A stretch of DNA of 64,000 nt from Octopus sinensis (taxonomy: Eukaryota): NCBI RefSeq assembly GCF_006345805.1, contig NC_042999.1, positions 28,148,001 through 28,212,000 on the forward strand. Direction: 5' to 3'. The notes under the pieces are model-generated. The model was not told the origin of the DNA. It did not search any database and saw only the letters and a list, made by a program, of their open reading frames with translations. This document shows positions 15,490 through 28,969 of the stretch, in pieces. Every line of letters starts with the position of its first letter. Positions within the stretch are counted from its first letter, which is position 1. Made by a program: the position numbers and the translations under genes.

Positions 15490-16128
15490 AGCGGAGCCGG
15501 ACCTGCTCGGGGAGCGCATAGAGCGACACAGCCAATCTGCATGCACTCTTCTAGTACCCCAGTATTGTTAATTTGTGGGTTTATGTTGAAAAATTGCTGT
15601 AAAGAGCAGGACATATTCAATTATGAGCTGGGTTCCTTATGACGATCACTCCTGCCGCTCTCCTTTGCCCAGGAATGGCAGGCATGTCTGTCAGCCATGG
15701 CAAAAGAAGTTGTTTGGTAGACAAGACTAATAGGACTGGATACAGAGACTTACCTCTTTGTCTATTCATCAACTTTTCAGATTCACATGAACAGAAAACT
15801 GAATGTGGAGAGAGAGGTGCTACCTTCTAACAATTTTGTTGTTTGATGGGTGAGTGTGGCCTGAGTAAATTGTCCTGCATTGAGCGTCTTCTTTTAAATT
15901 GAAAAAACGAATAGATGGTCACTTTGCTTAAGTGGCCAGGGTTATTGTGTTTTTTTATAGGATTTTCACGGGTAGCCCTCGGAGGTCTCCCAGCTTACTA
16001 GAGTATGTACGTCGTTTAGAATGTTATTGTTATGTTATTCTTGTAAGTTTTGCTTTCATAGAACAGTTTATGGTTTTCTTTTCGTACCTACCAATGTACC
16101 AATGTCATTTGAGATCAATAAATAAAGA
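15490..16128 (+). mobile_element. Decayed 3' end of an L1/Tx1-like LINE
   Basis: Residual peptide resemblance (LW.YVE.LL, AKEVVW, INFS..H); ends AATAAATAAAG before (ATC)n. Confidence 0.45.
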
Positions 16129-16217
16129 ATCATCATCATCATCATCATCGTCGTCGTCGTCGTAATCGGTGTTGTTATTATTATTGTTGTTGTTGCCGTT
16201 GTTATTATTATTATCAA

Positions 16218-16249
<32 letters not shown>

Positions 16250-16381
16250 TCTTTGGCTGAAGTCCTGCTGCAAGAAAATACCAAGAGCGGGCAACCAGTT
16301 TCTAGAACAATGTCTCTCAACCTTTTTAATATCCAACTTACATCCAAAACCTGGATTTTTTTTAGTGAGTCGCACGAAAAC

Positions 16382-16675
16382 ATGGGTCCTATCGACTTAA
16401 AAATAAAGGCATATTAGACATTGAGAAGCTAGATACACTATGTCAGCAAAAAGGATGGTCACAATCGAAGCGTCCAACAACATGGTCTTTTAACAGCGAC
16501 CTGTTAAACTGCAAAGAAAATAAAAGCTACCACATACACCTCAAATATTAAAATACGAACAGGAGTGGCTGTGTGGTAAGTAGCTTGCTTACCAACCACA
16601 TGGTTCCGGGTTCATTCCCACTGCCTGGTACCTTGGGCAAGTGTCTTCTACTATAGCCTCGGCCAACCAAAGCCA
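16382..16675 (+). repeat. Local duplicate of 22231-22495 (unique flank plus SINE B head)
   Basis: Shared TCCTATCGACTTAAAAATAAA...CTACCACATACACCTCAA...CAGGAGTGGC; this copy has ~27 bp extra. Confidence 0.85.
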
Positions 16676-17829
16676 AGTAAATTTTAGAATAATTCAGTAT
16701 TTTAATAGAGGAAAACCGTAACAAAAATTAGTAGACAATAAATTTTTATGTTGAACTTGACTTTGCTTTCGACTCTCAAAAGGTTTAACAGAACGAGAGC
16801 ATATGGAGGAAGAAGCAGTACACAAACGCTGGTTGACATGAAGGCCAGTTATTCAGTTGCGCAATCTTGTTTTGATGCCCACCAGATTGCTGAAAATTGC
16901 TTCAAACACGTATGTTGAACAAAATACAGATTCTGTGCATTAGTAATCAAGTTAGGATATTTCCCTTCTAGTATTTGAACACGGCAATGGCCTGATTCAT
17001 AATTTCGCCATCTAAATACAGCTCCTTGTGACAAACCAGAAGGTAGCTAATCCCTATTGCCATTGTTACCGCTTTAGAATCATTTACATATTTGAAGAAA
17101 TTCGTTTGCTTTGTGCGCGCTGGCTTCTTTAAGAATTCCAACTTTCTTCTCTTTGATTCTCTTTAGTAGCAATCATATTTGACAGAATGAGTTTTCTAGT
17201 AGCTCTCAGCATTGATCGACTTTAAACACTTTATCACCATAGGGTAGAGAATCCAGTTACATTGTAGTCTTTTTCAACCAAAAATATTTTACTTCCTCAT
17301 CGTCTTGAGATGAACGGTTCTCTTACATAAGGCTATAAGCTTTTTTCGAAGTTAGTACTGCCATGACAGTGGGTGATAATGCGCAGATGAAGGAAAAACT
17401 AATAACTAACTTACTAACTTCTTGCTTTGCTAATCTTGGTAATCGAAATACTCAGCACGTGCAGATCAATAATGCTCATTTACTATTCTGTGATTGGTCT
17501 ATGTGAATAAGCGTTTCTTGCCAATGTGTCTCCCCATGTCTTTCTCAATGTCGCAAGCTCGAGTCAATGAATGAAAGGAAAGAGTGCGGTTTCAGTTGAA
17601 GACGAAATCTAAGCTTGATATTTTCCCCAAATATTTTATTTTGGCACCAGTATTTCTTAATATGCATGGAAACATTCTAAATTAGGAGGAGTTTTCAATA
17701 TATTAAAAATATTCGAGGGCCGCATAATAAGTCCTGGGGTAGATTTACTCGATTAAAGGCGGTGTCCCAGTATGGCCGCAGTCAAATGACTGAAACAAGT
17801 AAAAGAGTAAAAGAGATATATTTTCATCA

Positions 17830-18680
17830 GGGTAACACTTACATCTATAGTCTACAAGTATTTTCTTCCCTACCTTTAATAATTATATCAAATCGATTAG
17901 CCTGGATCGTTCTGTCAGCGTTGACTGGAAAACCCTAGAGGATAGTGACACTTTTATCTTCAGCAAGTAGCTCAGGATGATGTTCATACAAGTGAGCAGG
18001 AGTGCTGATTTTGTAGTGTTTACATATTTTCCAATATAAATACTGGCACTTTTTGTATTCGTTTGGTGTCAGCACAGGACATCTCGAGACGATATGGTTT
18101 ATTGTTTTGTCAATTGTGTCGCAGAACCTGCATTTAGGGTCAGAACCGTTTTGTAGAAACCTAGCCTGATAGTTTTTTTTTTGTAAGCAAGCTTTGATCC
18201 TGTGCCACCAATATGAAACCTTCAGTCTTTGCTTTCATTCCTGAACTTCTAAGGCACTGAGTTGTTGCATGGTCTACATCAGCATTTGAACTTCGAAGTA
18301 TATACTGTCCATGCAGAGGCTTCTGGCTCCACTGCTCTTCAATTTGTTTCTGCCGGTTCCTTTTTGCAGCCTGCTCGATCCGTTTTGCTTGCTTTGTTGC
18401 AGTGGTTTCATGTTCCTCATCTATTTCATGGTTAATGACAAGTTACTTCGAATTTGCAAGCTTCCTTGACAATCGAATGTGATTTTTTGCTGCTTTTGTG
18501 TTTTTGCACACAAGGCGCAGCGCCCAGTCCTCTCTACTAGGTAAGTACCTGCTCATTGCTATTGTGGAAGTCTTATATCACTTCCCCCATTACTTCCAGG
18601 TAGGTACAGACGATCAACGTCTGCTTTTGGGTGGTGGTGCATGTTCTTAGATGCAAGAACTTTTCCTGTCTTCCTGGAGT
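17830..18680 (-). mobile_element. Decayed R4/Dong-like RLE LINE fragment (different subfamily from 11651-12651)
   Basis: Minus-strand peptides HPKADVDRLYLP, WSQKPLHGQY, AQDQSL, CRFC..DKTINHIVSRC and IQANRFDIII. Confidence 0.85.
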
Positions 18681-18681
18681 A

Positions 18682-19148
18682 TAAATATACGAAGACCAAT
18701 ATACCCATCAGGACTTCCTGTCTGATAAGGGTGCACCAGGCACATTCATCACAGCCATATGTGCGCGACATGGTGATCTCATATCAAGATAAACAGCGCA
18801 TGACCTTGTAGGCGAGCCCAGTTTGAATTTTCTTCATGGCATGTAGCACATCCCGCTCAAAACATCCATGAATAAGGTATCTTTACGGATGATGAACGAA
18901 AAACTCATCTTTCCAGAGGCGAATTATTGAAACGGCAAAGAATTCTTCTTAATACATGGCTGTGATGCTCCCTCGTTACTCCTGCTCGTGATCAGAGATG
19001 CACATATCGTTAGCCACTAAGGGACGTGTTCAACTGGTTATGGTCAAGCAGCTGGTAAGCAAATCTGTGGTATTGAGCAGAATATTTGCTGTAACCCATC
19101 ATTTATACCAAGACAAAACATGTACATGATAACATTTTCAATCAATTA
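18682..19148 (-). mobile_element. Element X, third and more diverged copy, abutting the LINE fragment
   Basis: Colinear match to ~10210-10677. Confidence 0.75.
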
Positions 19149-21419
19149 ATATGTGTGATATTGTGTTGGAACTTCTACGTGGTAAGTTCGAATAATACGG
19201 AGATCAATTTTGCCTTCCACTTTTCGGGGTCAATGTAATATAAAACAGTTAAATGCCAGGGTTCGTCTTTTCAAATGAAACATCCATTTTTAAAAATTCA
19301 GACCATGTGTCTAAGACAAAGAAAAAAAATTATATCGATATCAGCACAACCGATTGAGCGATTGGCAAATTTCTTTCGTTTACTTATATGACTATACATG
19401 TTCTGATTTCAAACCCAACTGGGGCCAACCGGCAGCGGGCCGGCAGAATCGCTAACTCGCATTTCTTCCGTCTTTACACCCTGAGTTCAAATTCCACCAA
19501 AGTAAACTTTGCCTTTTATCCCCTTGAGCATTGATGAAATAAGTATCAGTTAAGTACTGGGGTATATGTAATTAACTTTCCTTTTCCCCCAAAATTTCAG
19601 GCCTTATACCTGTAGCGGAAATGATTATTATTCCGACCTAAGGCAGCAGCGAGCTGGTAGAATTGCTACAGCGTTGAAAATACGTTTTGAAGTAACTGTT
19701 CTAGGTCTTTAAGTTCTGATTTTTGTCTAACCGAGGTCACCTCTGCCTCTCGTCCTTTCGGAGTCAATAAAATAAAGTACCGTTCAGTATCTGAGGTCGA
19801 TGGTTTTAGACTGATCCTCTTCCTCAAAATTATATGTAAATTATAAACGATCGTTATTACTAGCTTTTCGCTACGATAGTTCCTTCTCCAGTGAAGCCGA
19901 GCCATGGTTATATATAGTTCAAGATATCATAAACAATATGACAGAAATCATTTGATAAGAAACCTGTTTTATGAACTATCGTGTTTCATACAAACAGTTC
20001 TATTATGACAGGTGTATGAGTGCACACAAACACGCTGCATAAACACTGTTGCACAAACAAACACATTTGTTCAATCACAAACACGCCGATCATACGCAAA
20101 CACAGTTCTGTTTATAAAATCGTGTTTTCTCTAGAGTGTCGCTTTCATGCAGCTAAATAATTACGATTTTAGTTTCAACAACTTTCGTTGCACGTTTTTT
20201 TCTATTTTTCGAAATTAAATAGAACAAAATTTCAATAATAATTCAACCTGTCTTTTCTCACTTTTAAAATCTTCTTTTATATCTACACTTTCTTTCATTT
20301 TCATTTAAAACTGAAAATGATCAAAGGTGGTGTATTGGCAGAATCGTTAGAGTATGGCAAAAAAACTCTTGGTGGTATTTGTTCTGGTTCTCTGAATTCT
20401 GATTTCAAATCTCCTAGACACGAATATTGAATTCTATCTTTCGATAGCCGATAAAATAAATAAGCAACCCACGGTACTGGGTTCGAGTTCTGAGAGCACT
20501 GAATGACATACCTCACTCTATTAGTTCTGATTCTTTTTTATTCTAAGATGAAGTTGTGGACTTGATATATTTCCAAGTTTACTACCTCCACGTACAAGCT
20601 AGGTGTATCCAGTGCGTTTCAACTTTTAAGCGTTCGATTTAGGTAACGGTCACAGGATTGTTTCTTTATTTCTCTTAACAGTCTCAGACAAAAGAAGTGA
20701 TATGCGTCGCACTTCTGTTTCTGACTGTATGTTATGTCTTCATTAAGGTGCATCTCAGAGTGTTTTAACTAATAAAAGTGTATTTAAATGCATTGCCGTA
20801 TGAAAGAAATTTGGGGCTAAATCAATATTCTTCGCAAAATATTTTGTGGCATCGCTGATTTCGTATCTCACTAGGTCCTAACTTGCCTTTCATCACTCCA
20901 AAGTTTATGTAAAAAAAGAAATGGAACTGGATTTGAGTACACTTTTACTCCAAATTAGAAACCTGTTAGAAAGCTATATTTCATGAAATCATGAAAAGAT
21001 TTTGAGCAATAAGAAATAGCTTACATTGAGGTGGCAATTCGGTCTTACATCTTGATTAATACATGTTTACTTACAATTAATCTACCATTGCTCCTGTGTA
21101 AACATGTATGTCCACAATGTTCCAAATATTCGTGTTAATTTAGTTTTCTGTAAAATATAAAAGAAGTAATAATTTCTGGCATTGTTGTATTCCACCCCTA
21201 TTACAATTTAAGGGTTATAGGTTTAAACTGTCGCCTTGATTAACACCAACATTAGTTCTTTGAGTGCTTTGGCAAAATTAATTCTGTTACAAATATTTGG
21301 GCCAATGTTCCGGTCTGAGGAAATCTTCACTTTTACGAACCAGTCGGAGTGGATCTGAAAATAGTATTGGTTGTTCCGCTTTTTCTGAATAAACTATAAA
21401 AACTAGAATATTATCAACG

Positions 21420-22135
21420 GTTCAGGTACCAGATTGGAAGCACAAAAAGGAAAAAAAGTACAAATAAGATCTCCAAGATGTTCAGTCAGGTGATGAAAAA
21501 GCATGGGATAGCAAAATGGTATGATTTACCAAACAAGGCGTAAGGTTAAAGTGAGTCAACATATATCATCTCTTAGTTGAGTTTCCAATGGACTGACATA
21601 TATCACACTAGGCTAAAAAGCGTTGGGTTATTCACCCACTAACAAGGGACTGGATCCAGATTTAGACAGTCGTGAGACCTGTTAGTGAGACTGGTGCATA
21701 GTACGTACGTAGCTCTCCGAGTCGTCGGGGGTTCGGTGCGTTGCAAAGATGAAGTTCGATAATCTTCAAACATGGGAAAGAGTAAATCACTCTGAAAGTG
21801 GATAACTTCAACGGCTGTCACAGATCCTTACCCAACTGCCTCTGTCGCTGGCATCATAGCCAGCTACTCAAGGTGGTGGTGGTGATCACAAAAAAGCACA
21901 AGCTTGGAATTACTGGTGCAGCAAAATGATGGGAAATACTTTCTACTGCTGAAGCTACAGAGAAAGATGATAGAAGGCGTTGGATAAAGAAGGTAAATGT
22001 GTAGCTTATTGCTTCTGAGATGCACTCTGTGATTGATCGACTCTGATTAGGTTAAGTGCGCAACGGAGTCTGTTAAAAGACCCTAAACTCTTTAAGATTT
22101 CAGAGACATCAATGATGATGCATCCCAGAGTTTCC
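21420..22135 (+). mobile_element. HERO-like RLE non-LTR relic (interrupted)
   Basis: Residual C-terminus KLGITGAAK*..ILSTAEATEK...RWIKK and a 3' UTR-like ACATCAATGATGATGCATCCC; recognised from recalled family motifs only. Confidence 0.4.
21618..21686 (+). pseudogene. Diverged 28S rRNA fragment (domain V)
   Basis: AAGCGTTGGGTTATTCACCCACTAAC...TTTAGACAGTCGTGAGACCTGTTAGT resembles the conserved LSU sequence AAGCGTTGGATTGTTCACCCACTAAT...TTTAGACCGTCGTGAGACAGGTTAGT. Confidence 0.7.
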
Positions 22136-22380
22136 ATTAAATATTGCTTGGAACTTTCAAATGTGAACTAATGAAGCAGAATTTTCGTTGCCGCTTTTAT
22201 GCTGTAAACAGGAGATTAACAACTCTTAAATGGATCCTATCGACTTAAAAATAAAAGCATATTAGGCATTGAGAAGCTAGATACACTATGGCTGCAAAAA
22301 AGATGGTCACAATCGAAGCGTCCAACAAACTGCAAAGAAAATAAAAGCTACCACATACACCTCAATTATTAAAATACAAA

Positions 22381-22782
22381 CAGGAGTGGCTGTGTGGTAA
22401 GTAGCTTGCTTACAAACCACATGCTTGCGGGTCCATTCCCACTGCGTGACACCTTGGGCAAGTGTCTTCTACTATAGCTTCGGCCGACCAAAGCCTTGTG
22501 AGTGGATTTGGTAGACGGAAACTGAAAGAAGTCCGTCGTATATATGTATATATATATATGCATGTGTGTGTGTTTATGTGTTTGTGTTTGTCCCCCCCCC
22601 CCCAAATCGCTTGACAACCGATGGTGGTGTGTTTACGTCCATATAACCTGTTCGGCAAAAGAGACTGATAGAATAAGTACTAGGTTTACAAAGAATAAGT
22701 CCTGGAGTCGATTTGCTCGACTAAAGGCGGTGCTCCAGCATGGCCACAGTCAAATGACTGAAACAAATAAAAGAGTAAAAGA
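22381..22782 (+). mobile_element. SINE family B
   Basis: Match to 14985-15460. Confidence 0.9.
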
Positions 22783-23034
22783 ATGTAGTGTGTGATGCAA
22801 TATGTCTGAAAGTAAGTCGGAGTCGTCATAGCACGGTACTTATTTTATAAGTCTTGGTCTGGAGCTAAATGTTATTGGCAACAAAAATATATTCATTTAT
22901 CTCACTACAGATATTCTTCATACACGAGCCACAAAAGAAGTTTGAAGCAGTAAATAAATTCCCTTCTGATCACATGCTACCGTATAGAAAAAGGAAGAAC
23001 ATATTGAATAAAGTAGTTTTTTTTTTGTTTTTTT

Positions 23035-23231
23035 TACTTGTTTCAGTCATTTGACTGCGGCCATGCTGGAGCACCGCCTTTAGTCGAGCAACTCGACCCC
23101 GGGACTTATTCTTTGTAAGCCTAGTACTTATTCCATCGGTCTCTTTTGCCGAACCGCTAAGTGACGGAGACGTAAACACACCACCATCGGTTGTCAACCA
23201 ATGCTTGGGGGACAAACACACACACAAACAT

Positions 23232-23326
<95 letters not shown>

Positions 23327-23480
23327 TACGACGGGCTTCTTTCAGTTTCCGTCTACAAAATCCACTCACAAGGCTTTGGTCAGCCCGAGGCTATAGTATA
23401 AGACATTTGCCCAACGTGCCACGCAGTGGGACTGAACCCGGAACCATGTGGTTGGTTAGCAAGCTAATTACCACACCTCC
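23035..23480 (-). mobile_element. SINE family B (inverted relative to 22381-22782)
   Basis: Reverse-complement match; internal (CA)n(TA)n. Confidence 0.9.
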
Positions 23481-23637
23481 TGTGAATATACAAACAGGTG
23501 ATATAGTCAAGGCTGTGATCCTACGTCAACACAACCAAGACTTTCCAAGAATAAACGAGAGCAGCACCAACAACACAATACAAACCAGTATTCCCTGTTT
23601 ATTCATAAACCACGCAGTAATAACACTTTAGTAATAA

Positions 23638-24032
23638 CTAGCAGTATCGCCCGGCGTTGCTCGGGTTTGTAAGGGAAATAACTATATAAGCAATTTTAGA
23701 GAGTTATAGCCAAAAAATAACAAAAATGCATTAAAATTGGAGAAAAATGATAGTAATTTTTTAAAAAAATCTTTGACTCATCGTAGACATTTTTAGAGAG
23801 TTACTTCCCTTATATAATAGCGAAAAAATGCATTAAAATGGAAAAAAATGATGGTAAATTTTTTTTTAAATCGTAGACTCATAGTAGATGCGCGCTAATA
23901 CCCAGAAGGGCTCGATATGAATCACGACTATAAGATACCCGGTTTTGGTTAAACTGCACCGCAAAATGTGGGAGTAGTTAGGAATCTAAATCGTAGGAGG
24001 CAGACACACAACCTCTCTTTTATATATAAAGA
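23638..24032 (-). mobile_element. Non-autonomous Helitron
   Basis: Minus strand starts TC(TTTATATATAAAAG) and ends CTAG, with subterminal hairpin CCCGAGCAACGCCGGG; inserted between A and T with no TSD; copy at 50846-51243. Confidence 0.85.
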
Positions 24033-25033
24033 TTACCCATACTGTTTACTTTCCATTCTTTTAATTGACTTCTTCTGGCACCAGAATTCCTTAAACGTAT
24101 CTTTTCCAACGTTTATGTATTTGTTCAAGTAATTTTGAATTATTTTTTACGTATTCACTACTAAAATCAATTCTTTTTATTTTCATACGAGGCAACAGCA
24201 CATTCACTGACATATTAATACTTCATATGTAATTCTTGATGTTCAAGTATATCTACCGAACTAAATATATTTTTCATTATTCCCTACTTCAAAACTACTC
24301 CACTATACTTCAAAGATAAGTTTATTTCCATTAAGCATATATTCAAACTGTAGTTTCTTCTATAGTCTAAAAATTTTCTTTCTAAAGTTTTCTTCTCGTC
24401 TGTTTTATTTTTTTGTTCTTTTCTTTGTTTTCTGTTTTGACAAATTATCTTTCAAAATTAATACCTGTTGTTTCTGAACCTTAAAATATACTTCAGCAAA
24501 AGGGGCTTACACTCTCATCTGCCTTTCAAGTAAAAACAGCTCTAGGAAAATTTACTCAGGATTTTTACTTATATTTTCTAGCTTTTAGAACTCTGGGAGA
24601 CACCAGACAAAGACAAGCCAAGTAATTCATTCTATGAAGCATCAAATGGTGAATAGCAAAGTTAACCAATATAAGATTTAATTCAGATTCTATAGTGCAG
24701 GAAAAAATATCACAAAATATTTTGTTCGTTGTAAAAAATCTACCAAATTCAAGCCTCTTGCAAAGTAAGAATCAATTCTATGATTCTACCATTCCTAAAT
24801 ATTTATAAACTGACATGTTTACCAGTTGTACAATAATTTCATCTTATATGGATTTTTAAACATCGTTTGCCACTATTTTTCTGCCACTCATTTTAGATAC
24901 CCAATGCTTTTGAATACAAAACTCTATCACAATAATTTCAGTAGCATGATAGACACACTTGCAAGAAATAGCAACCAAATTTCACTCAAATAACACCATA
25001 GTACCATTTAAACATATTCAGATCTCATATTCC

Positions 25034-25556
25034 TACGAGGTTGGGCTGAAAAGTTAATAGGCTGACTATTAAGCAATGATGTTAAAGCTGGGAAATCTGA
25101 CAAAAATTAACCTAAACTTTTCATGTTATTAACTATGTCCTGCAACTTCGACTAACGAGGAAAACATTCATCGTGTTCACCACATAGTGATGGAAGGCAG
25201 ACGATTGACTATAAATCAAATAGCATATATTATTAGCATATCTTGAGAGAGAGTTGGGTTTTATTCTGCACCATAAACTTTGCCTAGCAAAGGTTTCTGC
25301 TCAGTGGGAGCCACGTCATCTGACACCTGATCAGAAGCACACCAAGCTGATTACATCAGGTGAAAATCTGACATTGATTGAAGCAGATCCTGCTTTTCCT
25401 TGAGTGTTTCCTAAGCCAGGATGAATATTGGGTTCATCATTATGAGCCAGTGACAATGAAACAATTTATGTAGTGGAAACACCTCTCATCAACTGCCTCA
25501 AAGAAAGCTGAAGTTGTTTCAAGTGCAGGGAAGGAAATGGTCTCAGTGTTTCTGGA
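25034..25556 (+). mobile_element. Mariner transposon 5' relic (irritans-like)
   Basis: TA-CGAGG TIR-like start; peptides RRLTINQIA, KVSAQWEPRHLT (WVPR-like), DEYWVHHYEP and SAGKEMVSVF. Confidence 0.8.
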
Positions 25557-25639
25557 GCTGAAAACTACATTTCTAGTTCTACAGCTAATGCCAGGGCTAA
25601 TCTTACATACCATGCAGTTATTCTCAAAGGGCTACGTCC

Positions 25640-26960
25640 TACATAGTTGTGATCTGACGGAGTTACCTTTTCAATAATCTTAATGTTGAGTTAGGTCTCC
25701 TTTAGAGCTTTCCTAAATCTACGGGCTAGTTCTCCATGGGCTGTGGCCCCTACGAACATCACTCCTCGATATTTGTCGGTTCACCCTGTTTGCTTTGTCA
25801 CAAGTTCTTTGTATCCTATTCCAGTCTTTGTTTCTATATCTAGGGTAGGATTCACTGGTATCATTACATATAATGTTATCTAATTTCTTTCTAGCACCCC
25901 TGTATACCCGAACCCTATCTTTCTGATCATATCTAGAGAATTGCATGATGTGCATGAAGTTATGTAGGTATTTTTTCTTCGTTTCATACGTTTCATAGTG
26001 GAGACACGTTCATTATCCTAACTAACTACAAAAGTTATAAGAATGGGAATGTGGTGCAACATATTCCAACCTATGAAAAGGACTGCACACAATTATAAAA
26101 CATCCAATAATTATGTTCCTACAATATACGGTTTACGCAAAGACAACGAGCCCTATATAAACCCTGTCATGGGGCCCCCAACTAGACCAGTTTGCAGAGC
26201 GAATATCTGCAGCAACTATAGACTGTCCTACTTCTTCTCATATGTGTTACGATCTCTCATAGAGATGTCTCCAGATGTCTGTGTGAGCAAGAAGGTCTCA
26301 GTAAAATCAGTACTTGCAATCACTCCAACGACATCACAGGTTGTGTAGTGGGTAGTTTTGGTGTGATTTCATTCTACCCATCTATAGACATAAATTTTGC
26401 ATTGAGGTAATCTGTGAGAGTGAAGTAGAGTTCCGTGAGGTCAACACGGAGGAACTAGGCGTCCTCCTTAGACTAAGCTACGACAGTAACTATTTAGACG
26501 ACTATGACCTCAGTAGATTCTGCCCAACCAGGTCACGGAAGGGAAGGCCACCCACCATCGGTATCAAGAACGGGGATTCTATTGTTGGGGTACGTAGTGG
26601 GGTGATATATAGTTACCTTGATATTTTGGTGGATGGAGTTAGCTACTTGCTGGATGCTCTCCATTACGTTTCTCTCAGTTTCAACATTACCGTTACTAGA
26701 GTTGGTCTTAAGCATGATATTAATGTCATCTACATACCTACTGTAGAGTACAAGTGTTGTGGACTGTTCTGCTAAGGATTGCTTAAGTTTTCTGTCCCAC
26801 CAGGTCATGAAGAGGCCGGTCACACCTCCAGCTACACCGACACCAATGTCTGCACCTTGAAGCTGCATGTATAGTTTTTGTTAAACTTTACTCTATGGTT
26901 CTTCAAGGTGGTTCTTACAACGGCTCCTATTGCATGTGCAGTCATTCCTTCACCTGATAT
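25640..26960 (-). mobile_element. Rearranged PLE RT fragment with an inverted internal segment (~26040-26555 on +)
   Basis: Minus: QGADIG..AG..LFMTWWD, YSRYVDDINI, NRIPVLD, MQFSRYDQKDR, PRYR. Plus: PTIYGLRKD, GPPTRPVC and motif-A-like VISFYPSID. Confidence 0.8.
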
Positions 26961-26977
26961 GTCTATGTATATATATT

Positions 26978-27060
<83 letters not shown>

Positions 27061-27166
27061 TTAATATTTATTTTTTGAGTATGCATGTATGAATAACTGC
27101 GCGTATATATATTTACTATTTACTTATTTTTTGAGTATGCATGTTAGTATGATATATATATATGTA

Positions 27167-27224
<58 letters not shown>

Positions 27225-27343
27225 ATATGTACATGTATGTATTTGTATGTAGGTGTACATGTATGTATGTGTGTGTATATTATATTTATGGGTGTATATG
27301 TATAGACTAGCCTTCTAAGAGTGTAGACATGATGTAGGTACGC

Positions 27344-27396
<53 letters not shown>

Positions 27397-28660
27397 ATGT
27401 ATGTAGGTGTACATGTAGTGTGTGGTATTTATATTTATTGGTGTATATGTATAGACTAGCCTTCTAAGAGTGTAGACATGAATCTGTAGGTACGCGTACG
27501 TATGTGTATATACGTGAATGTATGTAGATGTATGTATGTATGAATATAACGCGTGCGTGCGTGTATGCGTATGAGTGTACGAATGAGTGAGTGTACGTGC
27601 TAAAGAGTGTGCGTGAGTGAATGAGTAATTGTTTTCCAGTAGACGGATAAATGGTCTGGCTGTCATAGCCAAGATGTTTGTGACCAAGCGGCCAAAGATA
27701 ACAAAAGTAATAAACGAAGATAATAAAATTAAAATTAGGGAATGGGTCTGTATTTGTATATGTATATATATATTATGTGTATGTGTAGGTATGCATGGGT
27801 AACACTATTAATATATATATGTGTATATATATATATGTGTATGTATATATATGTGTATATTTTGTATGTATGTATATATAATGTGTATGTATGTGTATGT
27901 GTGGGTGTATATATATGTGTGTATGTGTATATATGTGTATATAGGGACTAGTGTGCTGTGTGTGCATCTGTGTGTATGGATTTGTGTGTGTATGCGTGTA
28001 TGTGAGTAGATGTGTGTGTATGTGTATATATATATTTTTCTGTGTGTATATGTATGTGTGGTCGAGTGTGTATATATACATGTGTGTATACGTGTATGCA
28101 AGTGAGTGTGTGTATGTATACATATATATGTGTATGTGTAGATATGTATATGTATGTGTGATTGTATATATATGTGTGTATTGTAGAGGTATAAGTGAGA
28201 ATCTCCTTATTTACCTAAAACTCTATTCCCCCCCTTTATACATATATATATAATATATATATATATATATAATATATATATATATATTAATTTTTTTATT
28301 TTTTTATTTTTTTATTTTTTTATTTTTTTTTTTTTTTTTTATTTTTATTTTATTTTTTATTTTTTTTTTTTTTACATATTTTTTATATTTTTTTTATATT
28401 TTTTTTTTATTTTCTATTTTCTATTTTTTATTTTTATTTTTTATTTTTATATTTTATATTTTTATTTGTTATTTTGTTATTTTTTATTTTTTTTTTTTAT
28501 TTTTTATTTTTATTTTATTCTCCTATCTAATTTAACACTGACTCCTTGACCACTCCCCCAAGTATGATTTTTTCGCTATGCCTACCCCCAAAAAGTCCCC
28601 CACCAACACCCCTTTAAACCTGCCTAAATGTATAAATGCCAATACAATTCTTGTTAACTA

Positions 28661-28709
28661 GCTTCCTGAAGATTTCTCTTGAATGAAACAGTTCTAGTCC
28701 TGTAGAAGC
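28661..28709 (+). ncRNA. Type I hammerhead ribozyme motif (C3-G8) in a pLTR-like segment (~28520-28795)
   Basis: gcttc-CTGAAGA-tttctcttgaat-GAAA-cag ttctagtc ctg-TA-gaagc; TATAAA upstream, AATAAA downstream, then (TA)n; basal stem II pair mismatched. Confidence 0.7.
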
Positions 28710-28820
28710 TCCTTCTATATAATAAATTAATTTTACTCTGCTATGTATTGAGTACCTTCTTTACTGTGGTTAACCCCGATCAACCCGGGACCTACATATA
28801 TATAATATATATATATACAT

Positions 28821-28900
<80 letters not shown>

Positions 28901-28969
28901 GTATATGTATATGTATATATGTATAGATGTATGTATATGTATATAACTTAGAATAACTTAGAAAGATTT

